From Stegostoma tigrinum (lineage: Eukaryota): a stretch of DNA of 64,000 bases. How positions within the stretch are numbered: the first letter of the stretch is position 1; every line of letters begins with the position of its first letter. The position numbers and the translations under genes are program-made. The notes beneath the pieces were generated by a model, which saw nothing but the letters and a program-made list of their open reading frames with translations, searched no databases and was not told where the DNA came from. Below, piece after piece: positions 40,375-53,999 of the stretch. The stretch is taken from NCBI RefSeq assembly GCF_030684315.1, contig NC_081361.1, positions 15,427,861-15,491,860 of the forward strand. The letters run 5' to 3'.

Positions 40375-40700
40375 GCATTTAGTTCATCTGCAGCTGTATG
40401 AGGAAATGATGTTTGTGAGGACAGAAAGTGGGATTTGGGTGCAGAGTTCCAGTTATTTTCCATATTATCACATTCAGTTGAAGTGTCAACAAAATAGACG
40501 TAAGATGCTCCAATAAGATAAACACTGAGCTCTCATTCCCATCACTTCCTGTTCATTACCTAGTCGCCTATGATCAAAGACATGTGCATGAAATGAATTG
40601 AGCTTAGCCTAATGATAAAGTAACTTGGCAAGGTTAAGGTTCACTGTTAAGGAGTATCTATTCAGCTGAAACACAGGAAAGCTGACACAGATTAAACCAA

Positions 40701-40861
40701 AACTGAAATTACTGGAAAAGAAGGGCTGAGAGAGGGTCACTCAAAGCGAAATTTTAAATTTGATTTCTCTCCATGGATGCTGCCAGGCCTGCTGAGTTTT
40801 ACAACCAATTTCTGTTTTTGTTTCTGATTTACAGCATCCACATTTCTTTCATTTTGTTTTT
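40701..40861 (+). mobile_element. Miniature PLE derivative (family B-related) with a short inverted arm
   Basis: Body resembles 58169-58299; TSD ACAGA(T/C)TAAACCAA at 40687-40700 and 40862-40875. Confidence 0.75.
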
Positions 40862-41409
40862 ACAGACTAAACCAATACCTTCATTCATGAGGAATTTGAT
40901 AGACCTTTAGTTCATGTCAATGTTGCATCAAGCGTGTGATTGTTCATCAAGAGGCAGACAATTCTGAGGGCATGTTTGAACCACGAGATTTTCATTCCAA
41001 AAGTGATCATGACTGTCTTAAATCAAAAACTTGCAATGCCATTCATTGGTAGACTTCTAACACTTCAATTTACTTCATTAAAGCAAAAGTCAGCTTTGAA
41101 TGACAGCATCTTCGGTGGTTGGAATTTCAAGTAGAATGTGAATATAGCAATCAGCTTAAGAAATATATGCCTCTCAGATTTGACTTTTCTCAATTTACAA
41201 ACAATAAACTGGTAGCATGAGCTCTTTATATGTGATGTCAATGTCTTGAGTATTACAATATCATATGACAACAATGTCTAATAGCAGTTCAAAAAACAAT
41301 TCCATTCTTTCCTATACCACTTCTGACCTTTCTTGCACACTGCATATCAATCTATCATTCCTTTTATTTCCAAGTTGATATTGTCTTCTAACTTCACCTA
41401 ACGAGCACG

Positions 41410-41412
<3 letters not shown>

Positions 41413-41488
<76 letters not shown>
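41413..41488. repeat. (AC)n microsatellite, about 38 units
   Basis: Uninterrupted AC run. Confidence 0.99.
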
Positions 41489-41490
<2 letters not shown>

Positions 41491-43533
41491 CTCTAAATTA
41501 CCAGAGTCGCTGTTGCAATTTTCACCTTTGTCTGGACAGTAATGTGACAGAGTATATTGCTGCTCTGACAGAACTTGTTCAGCCTTCACCCTATTAAAAT
41601 CAATGGATGAGCTCACTGAGTGTAATCTTCACTGCCGAATTAATTCCGAGTGGCGAAAGTAAAATAACCACCATCACTTCCAGAATGTGTGTGAACATAA
41701 TTTAATACTGTCACACATTATGTTCTGCTTTTCAACACAGCAGCATTGTAATGATTTTTGCCAGATCCTCGAGACTTCTTCAAAATGTGTCTAGGTGAGA
41801 TATTCCTCCTGTGGGCTAATTAAGATCAAATGTTAACTTAAAGTATCTTTTGCAAGCTTTTACGAATACTCCGTAGTCTTGTCCAAATATTTCCTGGTAT
41901 CTTTTTGGAAATAAGCAATGAATTTACTCATTGTGAATGAATGTGGTTTTATAAACTCAGTTGGAAAGTAAATAGTTCTTACTTGCTAAATCAGGGTCTT
42001 TCTGGAGCCAACAGTTTCTTTATAAGGGGAGGCTAGACAAGCATGTACCTGTAACTAGGCAAAAAAACAGCCCTCGTCTTCAGCAAAATAGGCTCAAAGC
42101 AATCCTCAATTTAACTTTCACCTCAATATCAGAACATTTTGTTTCCATTTAAGGCATTAACATTAATTCAGGTTGAGGACTTACAGCAGATAAACTGGCA
42201 AAGCAGCAAATGCAAGAGCACCTAACTATTTTAAATTTAATAATAGTTCAGAATAGTTCATGAAAAAAAGTTTCACATGTCGCAGAAAAATAAAGTTATA
42301 AAGTAAAATTTTAAAAAAACCTGTCGTTCCACTGGGATTTGAAAATGTACAGGCCTCAACTCCAAAGCAATGCTCTTCCATAAGATTTACCTCTGGGATT
42401 TTATGGCAAACTTAATTGTATTATTCAAAGTTGCAACATTTCTGCCGACAAATTTACAGTCAGTCATAGTTTTACATCAAAAATGCAATTGTGTTTTCTG
42501 TTGTTCACTATTCTTAAGGTGATAGAGAAGTTTAAAAAGAAAAAAAAGAGGCATTAACTGCTCAAGCAAATTCCCTTAACCCATCCAAGACAAACTTGCT
42601 AGCAGAATCTGAATTCAATCTGTGCCAAATCTTAACGTATTTGGTTTAGGTATTCACACCACAGTCAGTTCAATGAGAGATACATGCAAAGGCTATATTA
42701 TCACTGCTCTTGTATAAGATTGATAAATTCAAACACTGTGCCAATCTAAAGTTTTAATAAGCATCAGGTCACATGTCTATCATTTATCAATTTTTTCAGT
42801 TGCTACAGTTATGTAAATAATTATGATTTTCACTTAGCAGTTACGCAAACATTTGTTAAATGTAAGTACTTGACTGGCCATCATTCAGACCAGGGAATAC
42901 AATTGCTCCAGATTAAAAAAATGGGGAATACAGTCCCCAATAGATTGTCCATACTGATGTTTGATTAGCAAAAATTGGGGTGATCCATTACCCTTTTCCA
43001 GAAAGGTCAGAACATCTGTTCTTTTGACAGAACTTGATGTCTTTTCCATATCAATCAGTATCATGAAAGAACGCTTAATGGAAGTATTTAAAGATCTACC
43101 CCCATATATGTGAGGACATAGTTCAGCACATCAACAGAGATGACTCAGTACTTTCCGTTGTTAAAAGGACAAGAACACATTGATAATTATACAATCACTG
43201 ATTAGTAGAAGGTTTTCAGTAACACTAGATGCTTAAGTTTAACCTCTCAGTTCTACCCTTTATCTATATCTCTTTAAACCGTAAAGACTTCCAGAGCTGC
43301 CAAATTTCAGGTAGTTTGTATGAATTAAGTACGTGACCATCGATAACCCTTGCAACATGATTTATCCAAACATCATCCTTGCAATACCAAGACGATTATG
43401 AAAACACATCTCACAGTGCAAACAACATTCGCCTCAGCTTAATATCACATGAATGTAAATTGTTAAGTGTTACTTATTGTTTTAAAAGGGTGGGGTGAAA
43501 ATGATTTAGAATAGTTAAAAGAGTGGAACTGAC

Positions 43534-43721
43534 CATCACAGAAATATGGAGGATTCGGAGTTCTTCCTCAGCAGAATCTGTTTGAGAATAGATGGTTGGG
43601 ATGAGCCCTGGTAAACGGTGGGCAATATTCTGGTGGTGAACATGAAAAAGCAAGGTTCCATTTTCTAGCCACTGCTGCCTCCAGCGAACAAGGGGAATCT
43701 CTTCTGAAGAGCCAGATATTT
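43534..43721 (-). CDS. ASTN1: Astrotactin-1 internal coding exon (probably exon 2), 188 nt, phase 1 to phase 0
   Basis: (E)[62 protein letters not shown]; acceptor TTTGTTTTTCACAG and donor [25 protein letters not shown] and [14 protein letters not shown] fit ASTN1 better than ASTN2. Confidence 0.93.
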
Positions 43722-44696
43722 CTGTGAAAAACAAATGTATTGATTTAGAATTTCATTGAAGAAATTGAAAATCTCAAAAGCGTGCTGAAAGTAATTTCAA
43801 ATTTAATAATATATCAACACTGCAGCTAATACAATAATGTATAATCTGTCTCCTGTACGAGTGGTAACTTATTTATTGATTCGTACAAAAGGGAAACTGG
43901 AAGCATCCCTGAACTTAAATTAAAGTTCAATCATAAAGAAGTAAGGGATATTGAACTTTCAGATTACAGACTAGATGAGCTTGGAAATAATGGTAGCTCA
44001 TACACTTCATTCAACTCTTTGTCAAAGCTAAACCAGGAAATCAAAGTCTGGTTCAATTACCATGAATAATACCTTTCTAATCACAACAAATCATGACAAA
44101 TTGTTTCATTGTCGTAAATAAAAGATTATCCATGCATCCAAATCTATCAAACGAATGGTGGCTAAAAGGCATATCGCTGGGGTGCAGGATAACTTACTAA
44201 TATTAATTCTCCACGTTAAAAGAAACTTCCCTCTACATTGAGAACATAATGAGCAGGATGGAAGTGCAAGTTGAGATCATTTCTCAGTCCTGAATCCACA
44301 AGGATCAGGGGTGAGTCAGGAAAGAAAATCCTGCAGGAGGCAGCCAAATTCATTACCATCTTTATAATTGAGCAAGTCATTAGATCCCAGCAATTTTGTG
44401 CTTGTGGTACCCCAGGCCATGTAACGTGGGAAGAAAGTGTTGGCAGTACAGCCACCTGTAGGAGAGGTTAGATGTCAGTGTGACAGTGAAAGTGTGAAGT
44501 GTTCTTTTGTGTGATGTCCAACTCAGCTGCTAATGTTTGCATGATCAATCAGTCATGAAAATGGTCTCATCCAAATTACAGGGGAAAAAAAAGAGACAGC
44601 ACATTGCCTGGGAGCAAGGGCCAAGCAAAGGTAGAATAGCCCACATTTCTGTCCTGATGCAATGGAAGATGATGACAGTGTAGAACTCCAAAAGGA

Positions 44697-45184
44697 GATA
44701 GAGTTATACAGCAGAGAAACAGACCCTTTGGTCCAACCACTCCATGGCGACTGTAATCCCAAATTAAACCAGTCCCACCTATCTGCGCTTGTTCAATATC
44801 CCTCCAAACATTTCTTATTCTTGTATTTATTTAAATGTGTTTAAAGCATTATAACCGTATCCACATCCACCACTTCCTCTGAAAGTTCATTCCACAGACG
44901 AACCACCCTCTGTCTAAAAAAGATTGCCCCTACTGTCTTTTTAAAATCTTTCTCCTTTCACTTTAAAAATATGCCCTCTACTCTTGAAATCCCCCACCCT
45001 AGGAAAAAGACCATTGCTTTTGACCTTATCTGTACCCCTCATGATTTTATAATCGTCTAAAAGGTCACTCCTCCACCTCCTACAGTCCAGTGAAAAAGTC
45101 CTAACCCTACCCAGCCTCTCCCCATAACTCAAACCTTCCATTCCTGGCAACACCCTCATAAATCTCTTCTGAATCGTCTCCAAG
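44697..45184 (-). mobile_element. CR1 LINE 3' fragment
   Basis: LETIQKRFMRVLPGMEGLSYGERLGR..KSRGHIFKVKGERF. Confidence 0.9.
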
Positions 45185-45185
45185 A

Positions 45186-46008
45186 TAGTGAATTTGTTCG
45201 GGTGGGCAGGCAGGAGGAGATGAAGTTCTGTGAAAACTGCGAATTCATTTGTATTGTTGGGAACAACATGGGCAGACAGAACAAAATAAGGGACACAAAC
45301 CTTAAGGGAACGCAGGAGCAATGGCATCTGGATGTATATGTGCATAGATCATTGAAGGTGGCAGGGCAGGTAGAAAGTGGCAGGACAGGTCAAGAGAGCA
45401 GATAATGTAATATCTTGCATGCTGAAGTTTATTAATAAAGGTATAAAGTACAAAAGCTGTACTCACACAGACATATTAGTCTTCAGCTGGAGTATTCTGT
45501 GTAGTACTAGGCACTACACTATAGGTAGGATATGAATGCATTTGAGAAAATGCAGAATAGATTTACAAGCATGGTTCTGGGATGAGAAACTTCAGTTGTG
45601 AGGATAGGCAGGCAGCCTTAGTACTGTTCTTATTGGAGAGAATGCAGCTAATAGGAGATCTGACAGAAGATTTCAAAATCATGCAAGCTCTGGCTAGAGT
45701 TGATAGGGAGTAAATGTTCCCGCTTGAAAACAAAGATCGAGAGTAGGAGGAGGCACATTTAAATGCAATTTTCAAATTCAGCAAATGTGATGTGAGAATT
45801 TTGTTTTGAGTCTGGAACACACTGCCCAGAAGTAAGGAGGAGGCAGCCTCGACTGAGGCATTCAAGAGTGATTTAGGAGATTATTTAAACCAGAAACAAT
45901 GTGGAAAAGACTGGAGGTTAGCATAAGGTCATAATGTTCATTTGGAGAGTTGCTTCAGATATTCTGGGCCCAATGGCCTCCAGCTCTACTATAACAGTTC
46001 TGTGATTC
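45186..46008 (+). mobile_element. Older CR1 LINE 3' fragment
   Basis: LDVYVHRSLKVAGQVE; GCAGAATAGATTTACAAGCATGGTTC; TGGAACACACTGCC; TGTGATTCTG tail. Confidence 0.8.
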
Positions 46009-46139
46009 TGAGATGCTGGTGAAGCGCTTAATATTTAAGAGGACATGCCCTGGAAAAGGAATAATATGAACATTCATCTGACAGGAGGTGCAATTTTAAG
46101 GAATGGCATACTTGTGGAATTGATACAGCAAACATCGAG

Positions 46140-46310
46140 TAAACTGGAAGTGGTACCAAACACCCCAACAAATTGAGGCATATAATTAATGACTGGGACT
46201 GAACACCAACACTTCACCATTGAAGGTAAAGCCTGACGATGTTATGTAGCAGGGTGACAAAACATTTGTAACCAAACACATCGGCTCGATGAGCAAGTCT
46301 ACAACCTCAC
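46140..46310 (+). mobile_element. PLE-like terminal fragment (third family) with decayed hammerhead
   Basis: CTGACGA-TGTTA..GTGAC-AAAACAT at 46233-46265 is consistent with CpG decay of CTGAxGA..GACGAAACGT. Confidence 0.45.
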
Positions 46311-47125
46311 CACTATAGCATATTTAATGTTATTTGTAGGTTTTGGCAATTAAACAATTGCAGAGCTGTGAAGTGAAAAGGAACCAGGGGCGTCACATTC
46401 AAGAGCAATTGTTCTCCTGACACCAAGAGACCAATGCTAGAGGAACAGCAGGAGGAACAGATGAGCAAATATACTGCTCAGAGGATGACAGACATTTGCA
46501 GGATGTAGTATCAAACAACACAGGTGAACCATTCACCAGGGCAGAGCCCACAACTCAAGGCTAAAGGATCTCATACATAACAAATGTCACAGGCTGAGGA
46601 GCACAGCAAATTTGAGCAGGTCACTAAAAACATTGAGATTAATGTCAGTCCTTGACAGAGGATGGACAATAACAGTGATCATGGTCAGGTCACCATAGCT
46701 GAGCCATGGGGGTTATTCATAAACAGTGTCACTAATGGCCAAAGTTGATTGTTCGATTCATTGGCTGTTAACTGCACTGATGCTTTCTTAGAATGAATAA
46801 TCTGTTACTTCCAAGCTGATGGTATACGTTTCCCTCCCAGACTCACATGCATAGTTTGTTCATGAGTGTCCGAGATGCCACAGCAGATAGAAATGTGATA
46901 TAGATAAGCATACGTTGTGGGTGTGTGATTGGGGAAGACAATGAGTTTGGAAGCACTGAGCTAAGCAATCATTTTTTGTTAGAGCAAGCATTAGCCAATA
47001 GTTGAATCAAGATTGGTGGACAGTAGTGGGATGTTGTCTCAAACCACTATCTGAAACTTAAGACCATCTTTAAAAAAAGACATGGTGTCCTTGCAGTTTA
47101 GTATAGAGATCTGTCTGCTGACAAC

Positions 47126-47465
47126 TCATAGAATCATAAAACCTCACATTATGGAAATGAGCCATTCAGCCCAATAAGTCCACTCTGAGGAGCATCCCAC
47201 CCAGACCAGTCTCCCTAAACCTGCATTTCCCATGGCTAATGCACCCAATCTACATATCGCTGAACACTATGGGCAATTTAGCATGATCAATCCACCCAGC
47301 CTTCACATCTTTGGACTGTGGGAGGAAACAGAGCACTAGACAGAAACACACTGAGATATGGGGAAAATGTGCAAACTTCACGCAGATAGTTGACCGAGGC
47401 TGGAATTGAACTCAGGTCCCTGGAGCTGTGGGGCAGCAGTGCTAGCCACTGAACCACCGGGCCAC
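47126..47465 (-). mobile_element. HE1-like V-SINE
   Basis: Minus-strand GGTGGTTCAGTGGCTAGCACTGCTGCC, GAGTTCAATTCC, shared core. Confidence 0.85.
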
Positions 47466-48477
47466 CTGCATAAACAAGAAACATAAACCAAAACTCAAAA
47501 GAATCCTCCATAGGGGTCATACAGCTTTGATTGAGAAAGTTTATGAATGTCCCCAGTTAATGCCAAACTGAGCCAATAGCATAGACTGTCGCCTTTTACA
47601 GCCCTGAGAACTGGGTGACCATCTACACACTGTGGCCGGAGTTCATTATCGAGATGTTGGTAAGTAACTGTAACTAGAGGAGCAACCTTTTAAGGCACTG
47701 TTGATCTGTAAAGTTTAGGAAACAGAAGCAGTATCTACATTTACACTGCTCACCTACCCCCACAACCCCCGCACCATCCTGCTCCTCGCACCCCCACCCT
47801 TGCCTCCTTTACAGAAAGTTTCATCTTCTATGTTCTGTTGTAACTGTAAACTATCTGCAATGCTTCACCACAAGAGTCTGGATCTTCTTTTCGGTCTGCT
47901 TTTCTCCCATAGTCAAGCCAATTAATGTGCAAATGGACCTCATTGAAAGGTCCACTTGTCGCTTCTGTGACGTGGACAGCCCTAGACCGGAACACGCCAA
48001 CCTTAAGTCACAGACCACTATTTGCTGAGGCAAAGCTCTCTACTTCAATCCATGCATCCAACCACGTAAGAGCTCATTCTTACTGCTGACCCTTTTTGTA
48101 CCCATTTCAGCATTAGGCTTACATTGAGCAAGCTCCTACAGCGCAGATTCTTCAGTGAGCTGCTGTAGCGTTGACGTAGCATACTATCTCTACCAAAATA
48201 GCCAATAATTAATGCTGCCTCATTAGCCTCTGGTTGACAATTGGTGATAACCTGCATCCTTCAAGATTGCCCAGAGATTGGAATGCACGAGTGCTAACAT
48301 ACGAAAATTACATCCCAGTACAACCCTCAAGTCTGCCGCCACAGATGTGGAAAAATGTTACTATATAGTTTCTGTCCAACTTATATCCAAAAGGGGTCAT
48401 TCTTTTTCGTAAAACTAACCATATATTCCCACTTAATAATCAAACTAACTAACAGTTCTCTTCAATACATAAATGTG

Positions 48478-49630
48478 AAAATGTTGACATCTGAGGGACT
48501 TTAGCAAGGCCTTTGACAAGATTCCATGTGGTAGATTGGTCAGTAAAGTTAGACCCAGGGATAGCTTGCCAATTGGATACAAAATTGACATGATGTTAGG
48601 AGACGGAGAGTGGAAGTAGAGAGTTATTTCTCAGAGTGGAGGTCTGTGACCAGTGATGTTTCATTGGGATTGGTACTGGGTCCAACAATTTAGATAACAA
48701 TATAGGAAGCATGGTTAGAAAGTTTGTAGATGACACTAAGATTGGTGGTGTAGTGGACAGTGAGGAAGGTTATTTAAGAGTATAACGGGATCTTGATTAA
48801 CTGGGCCAGTGGATCGAGGAGTGCAAAATGGAGTTTAATTTAGATAAATTCAAGGTGTTGTATTTTGGTAAGACAGACAAGAACAGGACTTATACATATA
48901 AAATGGTAGGGCCCTAGGTAGAGTTGTTGAGCAGAGAGACCAAGCCATTGAGGTATATTCATTCTTGAAAGTGGCATCATAAATCGATAGAGTGGTGAAG
49001 AAAGCTTTTGGCATGCTTGCCTTCACTACCCAGACCACTGAGTACTGAAGTTGGGAAGTCATGTTGCATTTGTACAGGATGTTGGTGAAGCCACTTTTGG
49101 GGTGTTGGGTACAGTTCTGGCTGTCCTGCTGTAGGAAGGATATTATTAAATTGGACAGGGTGCAGAAAAGACTTACAAGGATGTTCATGGCACTGGAAGG
49201 TTTGAGTTATAAGGAGAGGCTGGATAGGCTGGGATGTTTTTCACTGAAGCGTAGGAGGGTGAGGGGTGACCTCATAAAAGGTTTATGAAATCATGAAGGG
49301 GATAACTAAGGTGAATAGGAAAGGTCTTTTCCAGAGAGTAAAGAGTTGAAACTAGAAAGCATAATTTTATGGGGAAAGGAGAAAAGATTTAAAAGGGACC
49401 TGAGGACCATCTTTTTCACACAGAGGATGGCTCATATGGGGTATGAAGTGGTGGGTGTAGGTACAGCTACAATATTTAAAAGACATTTGGACAGATACAC
49501 GAGTAGAAAATGTTTAGAGGGATATGGGCCAAGCACAGGCAAATGGGAATAGTTTACTTTGGGAAATTTGGTCAGCATGGATGAGTAGGACTAAATGGTC
49601 TCTTTCTGTGCTGTATGGCTCTATGACTAT
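48478..49630 (+). mobile_element. CR1 LINE RT and 3' end
   Basis: DFSKAFDKIP, KFVDDTKIGGVVDSEEG, RKDIIKLDRVQKRLTRM; CTATGACTATG tail. Confidence 0.9.
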
Positions 49631-50399
49631 GTTTCACGTAACAAAGTGAATCTGGACATGTCAGCTGGTCACTGAGGTCCCTGCAATAAAAAGTGCTTGC
49701 TCGTTTCAGTTATGTCTCACAAAAGATTCACTTATCATTCCTGTCCTGTTTCGCACATTCCATTTCTCATATTATTGTAAGCCTAAATGGATGATGCACA
49801 ATGCTCTGGGGAACAGACATGATTGTTCAAAACTACCACAAACATACTAAAGGGCAGCAACAAGAACGTCCAAAATACTCCATGATGCCAGATCAAACAC
49901 AAAAAGGTGTACAATAACGATACCATTTCCCCTCATGCCCATGTAGTTAGTCTTCTAAGATTATTTTGGATTTATCCCTCAAAGAACTTTTAAGTCAGAA
50001 AAAGAACATTTGGTAACCTGAATGAGACAGATAGCATGGACCCTCCATAAAAATTTTAAAAAGTGCTGATAGTTGACTGGTATCAGCAGCAAAACCTATG
50101 TTAAAAATGAGCTCAAGGAAATGTATAATATTTGTGATATAGGGTAAATGTGTGAGGCAGACATAAAAATAAACAAAATAAAATTAGAAAATTCTTCTGT
50201 AGGGATTTAGAATGATTAGGCAGAAGTCCAATGACCCAAAATGCATCTCTCCTGAGAACTGCAACTGATTTATGGCACCACAAAATTGCTTTATTTGATA
50301 ATGAATTAGGAAGGCATTGTTAGGATTTAAAAGCTCATCTAGAAATAAGAAATCATCTTGGCAATATTGCATTGCTGAGCATCTGAAACCCTAAAAGGC

Positions 50400-51600
50400 C
50401 AGAAGATGAGGAAAGGGTAGAAAATTGGTAAGCGATAATGACAATCACTTACAAAGAGGTAAGACCAATAAAACGGAATTTTGGGAAATCCTCGCAACAA
50501 CAAGGTCATGGAGCTGAAGGTAAATTAACCTGGTTAGGAGTTTGGCTGGACGGAGGAAACAGAAATTAGGGATTTTTGGGAGGCAATTTAATTGGCAGGA
50601 TGTAACCAATGGTTTCCTCTAAAGGATTATGTATCAGGATTCACTGTATTTCAGTTTTCACTGTATTTCTGAACAACTGTGAAGATGGAATAGAAAGTGA
50701 GTTATAGTTGTCGTGGATAGAAAGAGACATACAGCACTGTAAGCAAAGTAGATGGCAGCTTAAAATAATAAAATGATATTGGCAGCTTAAGTGAATAGAT
50801 AAGATTGTAGCAAATGGATTTCGTTGTAAGGTTATGAAATCAGACTTTAACAAAGTTCAGGAGCAGATACTTTCCAAATTATAGTGGGGAGGCAGCAAAG
50901 AAAGAGGCCAAGAAGTTGTTTTTTTTTTCCTATGTCCGGTGAGTTTTTGCTGGATGTTCCAGTTTCTTCCTAACAGCCCAAAGATATGCCACTTAGGAAT
51001 ATTGCCATGCTAAAAATTGTCCCATATCATCTAGGGATGTGTAGGCTAAAAGGGTTAGCCATGGTAAATGTGGGGTTGTGGGGATAATGTAGGGGGCGAG
51101 GTCTAGATGGGATGTTCTTAGGAGAATCAGTACAGATGTAATGTGCCAAATGGCTTCTTTCCACATTGTAGGGATTCTATGATTCTCAGTCCATCATGTA
51201 CATGCCTCCTTGCCATTTTCATGGCTCATGAACACACTGCTGCAGGCCTGTCTGCTCCTATAACTGTTTGATAACTATCCCCTTTATTTTTTGTTATCCC
51301 TTTTCATTCTTCCGAACAACATGCTTGAGGAGTCTAGGATCAGGGAGCATTTTCTAAAAAAATAGTGACAGACCATTCAGAAACGAAATCAAAGTAACAT
51401 CATCATACACAAAGTGTGATACAAGTTTAAATCTCTCTCCTGCAGGTAGTAACGCAAACAATTTTAAATCTGGTAGGTTATTGTGAACTTGTGTTATTCA
51501 TAATTTGAAAATAAGCCTTTAAGGTTATGTCATAGATTTGGCTTGGTTTTATTGAATGCCAACAGAATGCGCTAAGGGGGCTGAATGGACTATTTCTGTT
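50400..51600 (+). mobile_element. Very old CR1 fragments interrupted by a SINE
   Basis: TGGCAGGATGTAACCAATGGTTTCCTCTAAAGG (decayed W.DVTNGVPQG); 3' GGGGGCTGAATGGACTATTTCTGTT tail. Confidence 0.5.
50935..51186 (+). mobile_element. HE1-like V-SINE, 5'-truncated
   Basis: CCAAAGATATGC..GCCATGCTAAAAATTG..GTAGGGATTCTATGATTCT. Confidence 0.75.
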
Positions 51601-53999
51601 TTTGTCTTGTCACTTCAAGAATTTGGATCAAATTCATTTAGCCTAGAGAGATGGAATCAACGTTTACTCAGTAAGTGGCCAAAATGCATTCAGACATTGG
51701 GTAAGGTTGAAATGCACTTGACAGCGTTACCCACTAAAGTTGAATTGGTTTCTGACGCTCACTGTCTGGGGTTGTACATCAATGTTAGTCACTTGAATGA
51801 AGTGGACAGGCTATCAGCCTCTGCGAATCTGTTAATACTTACAGGAGAGGAATGAAGAAAAGTTGAATAGAAACGTAGATGTCTGTCATGGACAACTCAG
51901 AGGGATTAATATAATAGTATCTGTCTCAACATAAGCCTCAATTGCATGATAGGAAATTCAGTCATTTGGCCTGTCACAAGGTAAAAGCAGATAACTTCAC
52001 TCTGACTTCTTTTCTGTTGTTTGGCAATATCTTGAATATGGCTTCCATTCTTGATTTTAAACAATAATCATGTTTTTCTTGACAAAATAGACATGATTAT
52101 TCATAGTGATAATAGCAATAAAAGATTAAGTATATTATTGGTGAACATTATATCTCCGAGGTAGCCAGGTGACATCTAATATGTTGAAGAAAAGTACTAA
52201 AATCGAGTTAAGCAGGTCATTAACAAAAAGCATTCTGAAACAATTACCAAGCTGTTATTTAAACTTCAGCATTCCAACATCTGCTCTCATCTACTTAAAA
52301 TAAATCCAAATGGAATTAAAAGATCACAGTAGTTCCAATATGCCTTGCAGTCTATAGTATTCATACATGTACAGTGCAATGTGATGAATAACATTCATCC
52401 CAAAATAAAACTTAACAGAAAATATGATGTTTTATGTTTTCATGGATGGCTGCCTTCAGTGTGTATGGCACTTTATCGAGTTCGGAAAAAGTGTCATTAG
52501 CCCATAATCTGTCATAATCAGAAAAGAGGCCTTGATCTCATCTAGATGAAGGTCAAATGTGACAGTGGATTTGACAGAGGCAGGATGAATGTAATTCACC
52601 AGAATTTGGCAAGCCCAGAATGAATGAAACTCTTTCAATCACTAGTACTACAGAGTGCAAACCAACACAGATGATTAAATTTCCAACTGCAAGCAAAATG
52701 AAGTGGCATTTAGGCATAAGGCTCATAAAACTCAATGCATCTACAAGCAGATAGAAATGATAGTGTAAGGATCTTAGTGAAGCAGTGGTTTGAACATTGA
52801 CCCATCACATCGACAGCCTAGATTCAAATCTCCATGGTGATGAGATAAAAATCTCTCCCTTAAAGGATAACACAAGAAACAAATTTGACACATAATGTTG
52901 CCACAAGATTATTGACTAGGGCAGCATTTTGCTCCGAGACTGATTACATTAATTCTGTCTCTGGTTAAAATGAATCCATAATCAAGTATTGAACCAAATT
53001 TCAAGCTCAGTATAGGCAAATTCAGGTTGATTTAATATTGCCTCAGGGATACTACTTAGATAATCTTACACAGAAACTTTTCCAAAACTGCTCTGCCTGC
53101 ATTCATGTAATCCTTTATACATCAATAATTCATTGAAAGAACAAGTTGGCTGCTTTTGAACTCATTATCTCATACATTCAAACTAAGAAAATCATTAAAT
53201 TCAATATTTACGGATACTCTCCTGGCTTCACAGTTGAAAGAACATTCAAAGAATGTTGTAATAATAAAAACCATTTGTGGAAATATTGTTTTACATTTCC
53301 TACTGTAGAATAGCTCAAGAACATAAAAACCTTAAATTATTTTCAGCCTATGATATAATAATCATTTCTTATCAGGAAGATTGCATGTTAAAAAATCACT
53401 GACTTTCTAGATGTTATTTAAATATATATTGCGAATTAAAACAGTGATGTGGTTAAAAAAATGTTGCTTCAGTAAAATTATAGTGAAGAAAAGAGAATAT
53501 TCGCTACATTACAATTATGATGTTTATGGATTATGATGTTTTATGATTGTATCTTTTGGTTAATTGGATTGTCATAATTCAGGACTGTATCTTTAAATCT
53601 AAATGAAATGGGTTATGTAACATGTGCTGGAGCTTGGCTGACAGGAATGGATGAAGTTTTGCTTGTTAAAGGCCAAAGAATGAAACTCAGATTGTTTTAT
53701 TGAAACAGCGTATATTTACGCTTGAAGGCATTAACAGCAGTCTCCATCCGTAATCTACAATCAGTAAACACCAAGCCTCCCAAAGTGCTAGAAAAGTTTT
53801 AACAATATAATGTTGTACATAGCTGTTCTCCAAGTGATCTTGGGATCAAAGACTTGTGTTTAGATATTTTGGGAAGACAGTAAAAGAAGTTACTTTCTGA
53901 TCTGCTGACAGTCTTCCCACTGTCCAGTGGGAAGTCCTGCAAACTTCACAGAGCAACAGCAAATGCAATTTGTCTTATGAGGACTTTGCTCAATTGTGA

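Noticed and set aside
41398-41616. ORF with a CVCVCV run
   Set aside because: Translation of the (AC)n microsatellite.
44697-46008. Adjacent opposite-strand CR1 pieces as a single inverted insertion
   Set aside because: They differ in tail sequence and degree of decay and I found no shared TSD; more likely two independent insertions.
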